Position numbers and translations under genes: made by a program. The notes below the pieces were generated by a model. That model saw only the letters and a program-made list of their open reading frames with translations. It was not told where the DNA came from and made no database searches. Shown here one piece after another: positions 1 to 13,171 of a stretch of DNA of 64,000 nucleotides. Every line of letters starts with the position of its first letter. Positions within the stretch are counted from its first letter, which is position 1. Source of the DNA: Eledone cirrhosa (taxonomy: Eukaryota); NCBI GenBank assembly GCA_964016885.1, contig OZ024743.1, forward strand, positions 367,660,001 through 367,724,000, given 5' to 3'.

Positions 1-7
1 ATCTGTT

Positions 8-140
8 AGAGCAGTGGCTAGAATGTTTTGCATTATTTCTTCTGGTTCTGTACATTTTGAGTTTAAATCCTGCTGAGGTCAACTATTTTTTGTTTGTTTT
101 TCCTTTCAAGGTCAATAAATAAAGTACCAGTCAAGAGTTG
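8..140 (+). mobile_element. Degenerate tRNA-derived SINE (family with gagttcaaatcc...aggtcaactttgcctttcatcc...aataaagtaccagt)
   Basis: B-box-like GAGTTTAAATCC followed by a body that recurs at ~4315-4385(+), 7615-7690(+), 9180-9330(-), 9340-9600(-), 12320-12440(-), 20760-20860(-), 21545-21680(+) and 53880-54020(+). Confidence 0.6.
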
Positions 141-447
141 ATTTGTCTTTCTTCTCTTTGTAGTTTGCTCTCTCTTTCTGACACAACTCTCTCTTTATCT
201 CCCTCCTCCTCTCTTTCAGTCACGCTCTTAGAACTTAGCAATAGCCTACAAGACGGTGTTTTGTCAAAAATGCCTTAAGGAAAGCAACTACTCAAAACTT
301 CGTAGTCTCCCACAAAAATTTCATGACAGGCACATAGTGCTTATCATAGAAGTCACCAGGGTCATTCATCTACTTGATGGTGTAAGGATGGAAGGGTTAA
401 AATGAATTTTAAATAATATGCAACTTGGAATGAAAACGTCTGATTAC

Positions 448-679
448 CTGATATTTCCCCTGTTTCTGCTTTTGCTTGATTCACTTCTGAAACATAGCCA
501 ATAGCCAGCATAGCTACTACCAAAATGAAGATTGGTGCACTGAGTGAGCCAGCAGAAGAACAGAGATTAAGGACAAGCAATGCCCAGACAGGAATGGATA
601 AGTACTGTAACTGGCTGTTGTTCTCTGGTTTCCAATACAGCACTATAGTTATGATATAACCCAATAGGAAGGTCCATAT
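448..679 (-). CDS. TMEM245: TMEM245 orthologue, next coding exon (232 nt, phase 0 start, phase 1 end)
   Basis: Acceptor tcttttatcAG| is followed by IWTFLLGYIITIVLYWKPENNSQLQYLSIPVWALLVLNLCSSAGSLSAPIFILVV. This directly continues ...FSSVW and parallels the recalled vertebrate IWTLVVGYVLTVSFKW...SIPVWIILL. Donor CAG|GTAATC at 447. Confidence 0.88.
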
Positions 680-699
680 CTGATAAAAGAAATAATAAC

Positions 700-1195
700 A
701 TTTTTAGATATTTAGAATTTATAAATATAGAATGATAGAAACAGGAAAAACATATTGATAGGTAAGAGTCATAAGATAAATATGGAGGACATGTGGTTAA
801 GATATAGAAAAGCACATAGTTATATATGTAGTACATATGAGCAAGACATTTACAAAACATAGATTAAGAAGTCATATGAGCAATACATTAAAAAAACATG
901 GATAATATGGGCGATATAAACATGATATTAAGGAAACACTGATAAAGAGAGAAGACATATGGATATGATATTAAGAAAACATGGATAAATACAGGGGACA
1001 TATAGGCAAGATATGGAAAGATTGATAAATATAAACTACTTGTGGGGAAAATTATTAAGAAAATATGGGGTAGACATGTAAGAGACATGGCCTGAATATT
1101 TGAAATGGTGTGTATGTATATGCATGCATATGTATGTACATTCGTATGTATGTATGTGTGAATGTATGTATGTGTGTATGTATGTATATGCATAT
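700..1195. repeat. Degenerate purine-biased minisatellite followed by (TATG/TG)n microsatellite
   Basis: Recurring acatatgg/acatgg...ataa motifs, then tatgtatgtatg runs. This explains the spurious HTYIHTY ORFs. Confidence 0.55.
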
Positions 1196-1522
1196 TAATA
1201 TTAATGTTTTAATTTTACAAGAAACAGTTATAGGGCAGGTGTTCACATATAATTGAATATATGGAACAAAGCTCCCATTTTTGGACTTTTAATTAGACTT
1301 CAGTAATCAATATTAATTTATCCGTATTCAAGATTAGAGTCAAATTTTTTTTCATACTACAGGTACATGTAAAGTTCTCTGCTAAGCTTCTTACATAAAG
1401 AAATATCTTTGTTGTTCAAAATAATAGCCTTTCTGCATTAGCTATCTATTTAAATGTATGTAGGTGTGTATGTATGTATTTATGTATGTATCTCTCTTTC
1501 TCTCTCTCTATCTTCCCTCTCA

Positions 1523-1557
<35 letters not shown>

Positions 1558-2749
1558 AATATATCTACAGTCGAACGACAAGATCCCAGACCTCATTCAC
1601 TTAATGAGTGGGGTGGAACTCGTCAAATCAGACTGAGGAAACAATGTTTCCATTGGTCTTTCCAATGCTAATACTATCTTTCGGTCACAAATCCATATAT
1701 ATATAACCAAAATTTTCTCAAATATACAGTTGAGGCGTGAGTGTATTAGAGTTTATAGAATAATGAGAAAACTCAATGCAAGGAGAGCTGCCAAAATAGC
1801 AAAATGATGTGAATGACGGCGTTGGGTAAAATCTTACCTCAAAGGACAGGAATAAATGGCTAGAAGTGTGTTGGCCCACAGAAGTGATAGGGAAAGAGGA
1901 GCAAAGGAAGAACATGGAGAAAATTAAAATGAACGAGTCAAAATCACACAAACATCATATTATGACATCAGTCCTCATTCCGGAATGTAGTTTTGCATGA
2001 ATATATATATCTATATATATATATTGACTGTTTGTAAAGCTAGTTAAGAGCTTATTTGAGGCTGTGAAAAAATCCTTTGTTTACACTCTGAATTTACCCG
2101 CCAAAAGTTTGACCAATTTGACCTTCCTCTTTTTTGAGGAAGGTCACATGATCACACTGACAAATTTACTGCTACAGTAGACTGCCACAGTGTCTTCTAG
2201 TGACCAAACTGAGTCAGACACTCAGAAATGAAAAACCTGTCGACAATGAGATATCCTTGTTCCATCAAATAATGCATTAATGACTTGCATATACATTATG
2301 CAACTTGGGATGTATCTCCTTGGAATCCCAGAAACCTATCAAAGATCTTTATCGATTTTTATCGATTCATGTCCTCTTGAGATGGTCCAGGTTAGTTTTC
2401 AATGTTGTATTATTCTGGCAACATGCTTTTGGCACTTTATTTTTGGTGTCATACTTCATTAACTTTTTGTGTTTACTCTAGATGAAAATGATTCAATTCA
2501 TCACACCGTTGAGTGCTTTCATGACTGCCCCTGACAATTCAATGTGTACCTGCTATATAATCCTTCTGCAACTTCGATTTATACCCATCATTATATATAT
2601 ATATATATATATAAAGAGAGAGAGAGATTATTGTAGCAACTGGTTTTTTGTTAAGGGAAATCAAAGGATATGTCAACATGCAGTGGTTTTTGGCTCAACA
2701 AGTGAATCACCTATAGTGTTTCTGTGCTGATCAACCGTGGGTACAATGA

Positions 2750-3660
2750 AGGTAATTCCTGGAGTGTTTATATAGGATATAATAAATCACATCAATACAC
2801 CAATTTCGCAGTTGAAGGATTAACATTTATTACATAACTGCCATGTGTTTCATCGATATGAAGGTGAGCATGTCTAGAAGCGCTAATCTAATTTGTTTTT
2901 ATTGGAAAAATCAATTTCAAACACTTTTCGTCAGCACTGTGACAACAACTCTTTGGAGTTTAACAAAGTTTTCTTTTATACAGGGTATTGTTAATATATA
3001 TATTGAGAGAAGGTGTGTCACCATAGAGGAATCCAGGTTGCATAGAATTATAATCATATTGAAATGTGTTGAGAGATAGAGATGAGTGGTCAGGCAATGT
3101 CAGTTGTCACAACTCTATCACTATCTTTGGTAGTACCAACAACAAGTCTCCCCCCTATTGGGGAATTTTACATTGTTCTTTTTTTGTTACATCCTCTGTT
3201 TTTGTTTTTTTTTACACGCAGAAATGCCCATTTGTACCGTCCTGTATTGTCCTGTATTGTTCTGTACTGTCCTTAATGTCTTACTTTGTGTAAACCCTTG
3301 TGGTTAATAAAGAAACCATTATTATTATTATTATTATTTTTCCAAGAGGCATGGCTAACACAGTTGGTGGACAAAGTTGCTGATTCGTTGAGTTGATGGA
3401 AGCTTTATCGCCATTGGTCAGGGCTAGGACAGAGATCAAAGAACTTTTTATCATTCTTTTGCAGTGGGTGGTTGTAAATCACTTTGACATTTTAATGTTC
3501 TCATTGTTAAAATTGGATAGTGCTTTGTATGATGTCTGGTGTCATGTAGAGGAAAACACAGAATTGGAGTCAATGTTAGTTTCTAACTCTATGCCTTAAA
3601 GACATGATGTTGAGATTGGCATGTTAGCCAGGATTATAACAGGAGAACATTTTAAACTGT
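2750..3660 (-). mobile_element. Possible degraded Penelope-like element end, interrupted by a Tx1 stub
   Basis: Minus-strand reading NFNNENIKMSK*FTTTHCKRMIKSSLI loosely resembles GIY-YIG C-terminal ends. Downstream GAAAC...AATAAA resembles a pLTR. Weak. Confidence 0.3.
3144..3338 (+). mobile_element. 5'-truncated 3'-UTR stub of the Tx1/L1-clade LINE, with (ATT)n tail
   Basis: Closely matches the reverse complement of ~18712-18865 (shared pseudo-ORF SLPPIGEF..VLFLLHPLFLFFT.RNAHLYRPVLS). Confidence 0.8.
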
Positions 3661-3892
3661 TTATGTCTACAATTGAAGAACATAATTGGGAATATATTTT
3701 CTCCCCCAAAAAATAAATTCCCATTCCTTCCTCTTCTCACATCTATCTTTCTATTTCATCTTTTATTTCTCATTCTATCTTCTGATGAAGGACTATGTCC
3801 AAAACATAAAGACTCTTTTCCTAATATATCTAACTAATATATTTCTTCATTGTACTGTGTTGTTTGCTTTGTTTCCATTTACTTTATATATA

Positions 3893-3932
<40 letters not shown>

Positions 3933-4379
3933 TTCCAGTGTATGGTTTAACTAATAGAACGGAGTTAAATACTTCAATGAAAAAGATGTGAAGTCCAGAT
4001 TCCAATAATTTCTTGGCAAGACTATAGTCGCTGTTCAAACAAACATACTCCCTTTTATCCACGCCTACTAGCACATAACTAGCAAAGTATGAACATACTA
4101 GACCATCCTAGCCTTATCATCTCTAATTCAGCTGCCTCCATACCGTTAAGTTTTTGCTGTGTATCAACAAGGATTAACTAAATCTATTATGTTGATACCA
4201 TTTGATAACATTGCTGATTGTATTGCCTTATGGTCTGATGACATAATTAATTAGCCACAGAAATACATATTATGTAACAATAAAAGAAGTTACTGGAATC
4301 CAGCCTTAATTATTTTGTTGTTCAAATCTTGTGGAAATCTACTTTGCCTTTCATCTTTCAGGGCTGATAAAGAAAGTTC

Positions 4380-5815
4380 CAGTCCATACCTCTACTGCGG
4401 CTTCCTTTCACTGGGATTTCTTCACCCATTAATCATCATCCATGCACATCACATGTCCGTGCCAACATAGTCATCTCTCATGCACACCACCTTGGATTCC
4501 TCTTCAACCCAGTTTCTCCCTCAGTTCATCCAAGCTTTGCCTTTCTCTCACATTTACATTGCACATCCAATGAAGCATGACTTCATTTCTCTTCAGTCTA
4601 TGCATGTCTTCTGTAGACATTGCCCATGTTTCACTACCATGCAACATTGCACTTCACAAACAGGTGTCATACAGTTGTCCTTTTGTATGTAGGAAGAAAT
4701 CTTTTGTTGTCAACAGTGGGAGTAGCTCCCTAAACTTCTTCCTTCCTATCTTTATTCTAGCTATTATGCTCTCAGAGCACCCTCCTCTGTTGTTAATTAA
4801 GTCACCTAGATAGCAGAAGCTATCAACCACTTCTATGGACCCTTCCTCTGACTTGAAAAGGTTTATATCACTGATGCTCTTCCCCTAGCTTACCCCTGTG
4901 CATCTACATACAAAGTCTTCCCTTCCTGTTAGTCAACCCGTTATTCCACAAAATCTCTTGTATACCCAAGATTTATATTGTGTACACTGTATGGAGTTTA
5001 TGTCTTTTCTTCATATGGAGTAGGGCCACTTCCTTGAAGTGAACAGGGCCCTATTTTCTTTCCTACTCACTAAGACTTTAGTTTTGGCCAAATTTACTCT
5101 CAGAGCCTTTGATTCCAAATTCTGTTTCCATATTTGTAACTTGTTTTCTAATTCTTTTATGGATTTGGCTATAAGGACCAACTCATCTGCATAGAGAAGT
5201 TCTCATGGACAGCTAATTTTAAACTCCTCTTTTATGGCTTGGAGAACTATGATGAACAACAGTCAGCTAAGAACTGAACCGTTATGAACTCCTACCTGTA
5301 CCTTGAATTTCTCACTAAACTAACTTCCTACTTTCACTGTACTGATAGCTCCTCTGTTCATGGCTTTCACTGTTCTCATAAGCCAGTCTTCTAAACCAAA
5401 TTTCCTTGAGGATCACCAAATAAAAGATCGAATTACTCTGGTAAAGGTCTTTTCTAAGAGTGCATCTACAGTGCTTTTCGCAAGCATGGAACCAAATTGC
5501 ATCTCATCTAATTTGGCTTTTTCCCTAATGCACTATATTTTTTTCTGTCACTTTTATAACTTGGGCTATTAGTTTTATTCCTTTTTCTAGAACATCCCCT
5601 TTGCCGTTGTAGCAATTTATGATTGTACTGCTGTGCCAGTTATTGGGTATGACTCCATCCTGTATTACCTGACTGACGCCGCAGGTTACTATTTCGATTC
5701 CTACTTCTGGTGGTTTTAGTATCTCAGCAACTATCTCTGATGGTCCTGTAATTCTACTATTCTTCATCTCTTTGATTGCTTCTTTGACCCTATAACTGTC
5801 AACCTCAATAGTTGG
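4380..5815 (-). mobile_element. Old 5'-truncated RTE-clade LINE (PHD-in-RT family)
   Basis: GPSEIVAEILK...GVIPNNWHSSTIINCYNGKGD, plus remnants of WELLYADEL and the zinc finger. Colinear with the copies at 33-38 kb, with many stops. Confidence 0.8.
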
Positions 5816-6003
5816 TACTATACATATATATTTCTATGTATGTAGATGTATTTGTTTGTAAATAGAACAGCTTTGCTTTTGAAGCATATTATAATCAAGG
5901 CATGAGTATGTTTGAGTTTAATATTTACTTTTAAAGATATTTCTTTTATCTTCACAACAATTTCATCAGCTATTACTCTGATTCTTTGCTACTTGATGTT
6001 ATA

Positions 6004-6930
6004 TGTTTAGTGAATTGGTCACAGGGTTATTTACTTTGGTAAACACCACTGCAGGCCAACTACTAATTAAATTCGATACAGATATAATAAGATTAACAAA
6101 CTCGCTCGTGAGTGAACTGTCCGAGAGCCGGTCGCCAAATAAGCTAAGATGTCTTTTTTCTCCCTCCTTTATAATCCCAAGACCGGAAGTTCAAGGAATC
6201 TTCTAGAATTCAACGGGAAGTAACTCCAATTAGTTTTTTCTCCCCGGGCAAGGTGGCGCTAGTTGCTACAAAGCTCCCCTCCAGAAGATAGTTGATAATA
6301 ACTGTAAGGTCATTGTAGCGAGGAGCCGTAGAATAAGGAGCAAGCAAAACAAAAGGTACATAAATTACAATGGTTTGTAACAGAAGCAAAGTATGAAAAT
6401 AAACATGCAGAAAAATGTAACCGGAACAATACAATTCAAAACAGTACAAGGGAGCAAGGAAAATAGTGCTCAAAAATAAGTTCAACATTTTTCAAAGTCA
6501 AATAGTTAATGCCACTAGGGGTTAGACGAATATTGTTTTTGAGAGTTTCCGTGGCCATATTACTGTCCTGCCACTTCGTGTGACATATGGTTGTGTGGTA
6601 TGTGGTGTTTGCGGTGGAGATGAAGGTGTTTGTGTGGGAGTGTATGTGCGTTGTATGTCAGGCAATGATGTGAGACTTTCAGAGAAAGCCTTCTTTGCTC
6701 TGTCAATGGATATTACCTCTTTTCGACCATTGACAGCCACTGTAAAGTGTTTTGGTGTGTGCGAAAGCACACGAAAAGGTCCATTGTAGGGTGACGTAAG
6801 AGGTCCCTTGACGGAATCATTCCATATGAAAATGTGTGTCCATGTAGAGATATCCGATGGGACAGCAGAAGAAATAGATTGGTCTGCATACAAAGAAATG
6901 CCTGAAAGAGTTGGCTTGGTAGAGTTGAAC
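6004..6930 (-). mobile_element. Ty3/Gypsy LTR retrotransposon 3' end: integrase C-terminus, PPT and 3' LTR (~6004-6270)
   Basis: ORF 6522-6893 has the GPY/F module (PLTSPYNGPFRVL...VISIDRAK...TRSGR). Polypurine tract GGAGGGGAG lies just before TGTAGC at 6270. Putative LTR end ...CACTAAACA at 6004. Confidence 0.8.
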
Positions 6931-7473
6931 CGTAAGGGCCAAATACTGCAACATATGCATTAACAGTCGCTACATATGCATTAACAGTATACCACTACCA
7001 TCACCAACACCACCAATAAGGTGGCCTCTATGCTGTCACTCAAACTGCTAGAGATAGCAGCCAAATCTCCTACAGATCATGTAAAAGATTGGTCATGGTT
7101 AAAATGCCTTTGATCATAGGTCTGCTTGATCAGGTCTAAGAATGGGTGGAATAACATCACCTGAATCATCTCCCCTACAACTACTACTATGAGCATCACT
7201 AATAACACCGATACCATCACCACCAACAACAACAACTAGCTCCATCATCCCCCTAATCATGAAGCAATTAACTCTTATCAACTTATCTCATCAATTTTCA
7301 CTTGTAGATTTAACAGTGCCACTGAAATGCCCAAGAGTTTTCTCATCCCAAAGTCTTGTGAATTCACTGGATTAGTTTACCTAATTAAATTATATGGCAC
7401 ATAATATATGACAAAGTAATCAACATTGCATATTTATCTTTATTATCTTTGTTGTACATTATAAAGCATGCAG

Positions 7474-7514
<41 letters not shown>

Positions 7515-10500
7515 CACATACACACACATATGTATATATAGATAGATATATATGCACACACACTCACACACAGACAACTTTATATCTTTATTCAAGATTT
7601 GTTCAACTCTACATGCCTCTGAGTTCAAATCTCATTGAAGCCGACTCTGCCTTTCTTACTTTTAGAGTCAATAAATAAGTGCTAGCTGGTGGGATTGTTA
7701 AAGAGACAGATGGGATATTAGGAAAAACCATTGAAAACAGAGATTCTTTTTTCTTATCTGTCGATAAACTCCTTTTCAATATAGATATATGTATATGAAA
7801 GGTCAACAAAGAAAAACAGTACAATGATGATATGTATTAACTGATATAGCAAGAAAAGACTCTTAACGTTTTGGACATTAGTATTTCATTGAAAGATAAA
7901 GTAGGGGATGAGAGTAGGAAAGAAAAGAAATGATTTTTTTTTAGTCAACCATTATATATGCATTGTTGTTGTTTAATCCTAGCTCAGCCTTGATTAAACA
8001 GACATATGATCAATGGCATTCTAGCAGTGATCATCCCATCATATTCCCAGGTAGTGTTGTTATTATACACACAAACATCTTAAGCTAAATCCAAAAGAAA
8101 GCCATTCAATTGATTGGCAAAGATTCACTCACCAATACACTACAACCATTAGCTTACAGATATGCTCTTTCCTCTCTCTTACTTTAATACTTCTAAAACC
8201 TCTGCTTCTCTTACTAGTTAGCTACATATTCATCCACTTCACCTCACCCAACATACATGTCTTCCTTTCTCTTATCTCTTCTTTTGCATCTCCCAATCTT
8301 ACAATAAACATTCTTGTCAATCTTTTCCCTCCAAAATGAAGCCCTTTAAAAATCTATATGGTCATATTTTTCTTGCAGAGATAAACCAACAAATGTTTAA
8401 ACTGAATATCAACAACAGCACCTCCCTGGACTATCTGATTTGAAAACGGTTACAACTGTGATGTTTTTCTTCACTTCCTGTATATGATGCAAGAATAACA
8501 GAATTTCTGTAGCTTTTCTTGTCTAAATTTTATTTCAGAGACCAGTTTTCTAGCAACGATACTCCTTATATATCTACATATAGGATGTTTTATTAAATTG
8601 TTACCAACAAAAGAAAAAGAGAAGTGTTGAGTAGAAACATAGTACAAGGAATGGAATTATATTAGTTATTTCATGTGAAGTATCAGAGTATAATAATTGG
8701 TGGAAATAAGCAAGCTAAGATACACATAATAACATAGATTTGAAGAAGGATGCTTCTCCTGTTAAGTGTTTCTGACATCAATGTAATATATTTGGCTGCT
8801 TTTCTCAGTAACTCTTGTCAAGACAATGGAAATTAAAAGCTATCTAAAGCCCAAAATAAAATGAAGACAGATATAGATTTATTTAAACAGGTGAATGGTC
8901 AATGTCATTGTGAGATGTTTTAAAACTGATCAGCAGATTCAACTCAGCAACACACATCAATCATTTGCTCATAGATACTGAGTATTCTCCTTCAGTCTCG
9001 TACACAGTTAATACAATGGTTCTACCTTATCTGAACTAGCAGGGTTGTATACTACAATATTGATTTGTAATTTAAGCATGGAAAAAAAGTGGAAAATACA
9101 CTTATATATAGGACTGAGTAGAGCAGATTTCTTCCAGAGAAAGATAGAAAGTGAGAAAGATATATAGAGGAAGAATTCACTCCAGTACTAGACTGGTACT
9201 TTTTTTTATCAACCTTGAAAGGATGGAAGGCAAAGTTGAGCATGGCAGGATTTGAAGTCAGAGAGCAGAGAGGAGAAACAGATACCATAAAGCATTCCAT
9301 CTGATGTTCTAATAACAATTTGCTGCCTTTTATTTAAGTATAAGACCAGCAAATTTAGAGGAAGAGCAAAGTTTTGTAAATCAAGGTCAGTACTTCACTG
9401 GTAATTTATTTTATTTTATCGACTTTAAAAGGATGAGAGGCAAAGGTGAATTTGGAGGAATTTGAACTTAGAATGAAAAGAGCCAGAACAAATAATTGTT
9501 TCTACTTTTAGCACAAGGCCAGCAATTACCCAGTAAATGCAATAGCATTTTATCCAATGCTCTACCAATCCTGCCAATCCAGTATTGTATGATATAATAT
9601 TAATCCCCCCACTCTCATTATCTTTATGTCTTACTAACCCGAAACCCTGTACTAAATACTTCACCTAACACATCTGTTCTAAAACTGCCACTTCCAGTAT
9701 ATATATGATTACACACATACACGTGTGCGCACGTGCCCACACACACTCACATAATAGTGATTTAGAATCACAGCAATACAGTTGAGGAAAGATTAGACAT
9801 AAATAAGATAAGAACAAAGATTAAAATTCTACCTGAAAACAGCTAATGTCTCGATATTTGGGGTGAAAATACTCTTTTTCAAATAGTTTCACTTGAAAAT
9901 TCAGGTTACTAAATGTTTGTTTGAAGATAACAGTTTAATCTTTGTTCTTATTTATATTTACTATATTGTAAACTGCATTGCCATGGCTTTCTAAATTCAG
10001 TTTTTTTAATATTACACAATGCACCCACCCTCTCTCTCCTTCCCTTTCTTTCTCTCGCTGTATATGTGTGTGTTCTTTTCTAAACAGAGTCTGAATTCTG
10101 GATGTGAATATATGGCTCAATAACTCCGCACAAAATTAGGAGAAACCTTTCTGGGATCATTATCCTTGACAAATTAAAAAATAAAGACAAATTCAATGAC
10201 CAGGATTGAACAATGTACCTTTTGCTTGCCAGACAATGACATTACCCGTTATGCAAAACACTTAGATTACATTTTTTACTCTTTCTAAATTATGTTTAGC
10301 TGTATTTACTTTCTGCTTCTTTTTGTTCCTGTTTCCCTATATCTTGATACCAGAGCTCATTACTTTGTCAATTGCATGATTCATATATGTGTTTTATCTT
10401 GGTTTGTATGGAATCATGTTTAGAATACTCATATACATACATTAAATGACCTAATAGGTGATGTCAACAAGGTCAGAGTTAGCAATGAGTTCAATGAGGA

Positions 10501-10607
10501 AATTAACTTATGTGGACTGTTGCATGCATCAGCAACTATGTAATGAAACATATATCTTTAAATACCTATGTATGGCAAATAATGGTCCACATGACAGGTG
10601 CAATGTG

Positions 10608-11530
10608 TCTGAACATGGAAGAGCCAAACTCCCACTGTCATCGCCTCCATCTCTCTCGCTCTTCCCATCTCTCTCTATTGTAAGCAAATGGGGTCCCATG
10701 TGCTGGCCACCCCACAGCCCCGGCAGACAGAATGGAGAAAGCATTTCCCTGGAGGATGGTAAGGGAGATGCGTTGGAAGAGCCATTCCAACTCGCGAGGC
10801 TCACACCTGTGGCTGGCCAGCTCAGCACCTATGGTGGTGAGTAGGGAGGTAGCCCTAGGGCCAAGGACACCGGAAGTCTCCACTGCAAGGGCACGACCGC
10901 AAACCTGTCGGAGAGCGACCACTACTTAAAGAGTTTGCCCTCCTTAGCCCAACATGCAGCAGAACCTGGGTTAGTCACAGACTGCACCAGGTTGTGGCTG
11001 GCGAAAGTGTCACTGCAAGGAGCATCCCAGATGAGGAGTTTGCCACTGTGGAACAGGAAGATGGTCATACCGTCTGGACTTTTGCCATCCCTTCAGTCCA
11101 GTCTCACCAGCTCAAGCTGTGCTTTATGACCTTGTTGAGGGAAGCATGGCGTGGAAGGCGGCTGGCACTGTAGCAACAGGAAAGCAGGTGGAGGCCGAAA
11201 GAGTCCACGGTGGATCTGCAGCGCCATTCATGTGGCTTGCAGATCCGGAGGCCAAGCCTCAGGGAAACGCTGATGCACAGGCTATTGTTGTCCAGCTGCA
11301 TACCAATGGAGAAGGCGGGTAAGGCATGGAGCTAGGCACCACTGTGGGGTTTGGAGGCCGCGCGAAAACAGGCAAGGGGGTGATGGTCGAGCTGGTGCAT
11401 GAGCCTGTCTGAGGCCAGGTTGCACTGGATGGCAACCCAAATGCTTTCTGGGAACTTGACATCAGCAGGGGGAGAAGGAGGAGGGACGTCTACTGGGTTA
11501 AGTCCCAGCCGATCCCACGTCTCGCAGGCG
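10608..11530 (-). mobile_element. 5'-truncated CRE-clade (RLE-type) non-LTR retrotransposon
   Basis: SLRLGLRIC..CRSTVDSFGLHLLSC...RHASLN (CCHC-like region), AVETSGVLGP and LEWLFQRISLTILQGNA. The 3' UTR is shared with 39399-39500. Confidence 0.8.
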
Positions 11531-13132
11531 ATCTCATGTTCCTGGTTCTCATTTCCTTCCTGTCTTTTATAGTTCTCTAGGGCATAACAGAGGATTCAAT
11601 ACTGACTGTCAATGGGAGCTCCTACCTAGGTATCATAACCAAATAAGTCAAAAGATATAAAGAAAGTTAAAATTGCGGAGTAGAGCCTAGAATCAAAACA
11701 TTTTAAAGTAGGGAGAAAGTATAGAATACTATAACCATTTGGGAAGTGACTATACTCAATATGCAAAGAAGAGTAGGTAGGAACTTTATATTGTGTACTC
11801 AGTATAAACTATTAGCATAAGTGACTTTCAAGGTCCAGGCTTTGATGATTTAATAGTGCTTATAATATATTTTTTTTAATTAGTAACATAGGCAGCACAA
11901 GTGCACATATTTTAGAGAGAAAGAGGAAGAGAGCAGTTGACTGAATCAAAGCAAATATATTATTAATACTTTCTGTGTCCTTTTGTTTTAGCATAGACAG
12001 TTCTACTTCCTATTTGATCCCATTAGAAAGAATACATGTTCTCACCATATTTACATTTTGTTTAAATTCAAAGTAATGCAGTTTTTTGAGTTTTATACAA
12101 TCTTATCTATTTCATCGGAAAGCAACTATGAAATGTTTTAGTTCTGATGTAGAATTAAAATCATTTGAAAACTCTAACACCAACTATTTGAAAATTTCAA
12201 AGCTTGGTTAACTATTCCATCTTTCGACTTTTTTTTTTGCTTTACATACAGTGTTGTTACAATATATTCATCCATCTTTCCCAGTTCTGAATAGTCAACC
12301 TGTTTTCCCCTCAGATTAAGGAAGGGTTATAGTTGATTAAACCTACTCCAGCATTTGACAGATATTTATTTTATTGACTGTTGAAGGATGAAAGGAAAAG
12401 TCGACTTTGGCAGAATTGGAAATCAGACTGTAAAGGAAAAATAATATAAATTCACTCACATAGAAATATGAATAAAGATAGTTACTTTATCAAGTGTGAT
12501 ATCATTATATCAAGATTTATACTATGACATCTGAAAGGTTCTTGTTAATAAACACGTGGCTTTTATCTAATCTGACAACACCTAAGATGGATACCTAAAT
12601 TTCTGACTTAAATGAAAAGTGTCTTGCACTTTCACTAATTTATCTACAGAATTTAATTTTATCCCAAAGATAACTATTTACTTTCCATGACATTATTTGT
12701 AGTGCTGTAATTAACCATTAGTCACATTATCTAAAGGCTTTCAAGACACAAAAATACTGTCTAACTGGTTCCCATCTGTGCACACATGATTAACATAAAT
12801 ATTAGTCAGTCGATAATAATATTTCTGCTACATACTTTCTTTGTTTCTTTAAGGTTTTTGAAATATTGTGCCAGTTGCTGTATATACTTGAATATAAGCC
12901 AATTAAAATTTTAGTTAGAAGGAAAGAAGAGAAGACACTGTTGCTTAATATGCAATAAAGGAGTGGAAAAAAACTATACAATTTAATCAATGTAAAATAT
13001 AGGGACATGAGGTGTAGACAGGCTACCACAAGAGGTAGACTTGGTATGTGGCAGATGTACTTGAGTCAGTAGTCAGGTCACCAGTAAAATAAATTTTATT
13101 TCACTGCTTGGAAAACCCCATAGAGGTACCAT

Positions 13133-13133
<1 letters not shown>

Positions 13134-13171
<38 letters not shown>

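Noticed and set aside
362-447. C-terminal part of the 100-aa ORF and its TTG start at 664
   Set aside because: The exon starts at the acceptor (679) and most likely ends at the donor (447), so the rest is intronic.
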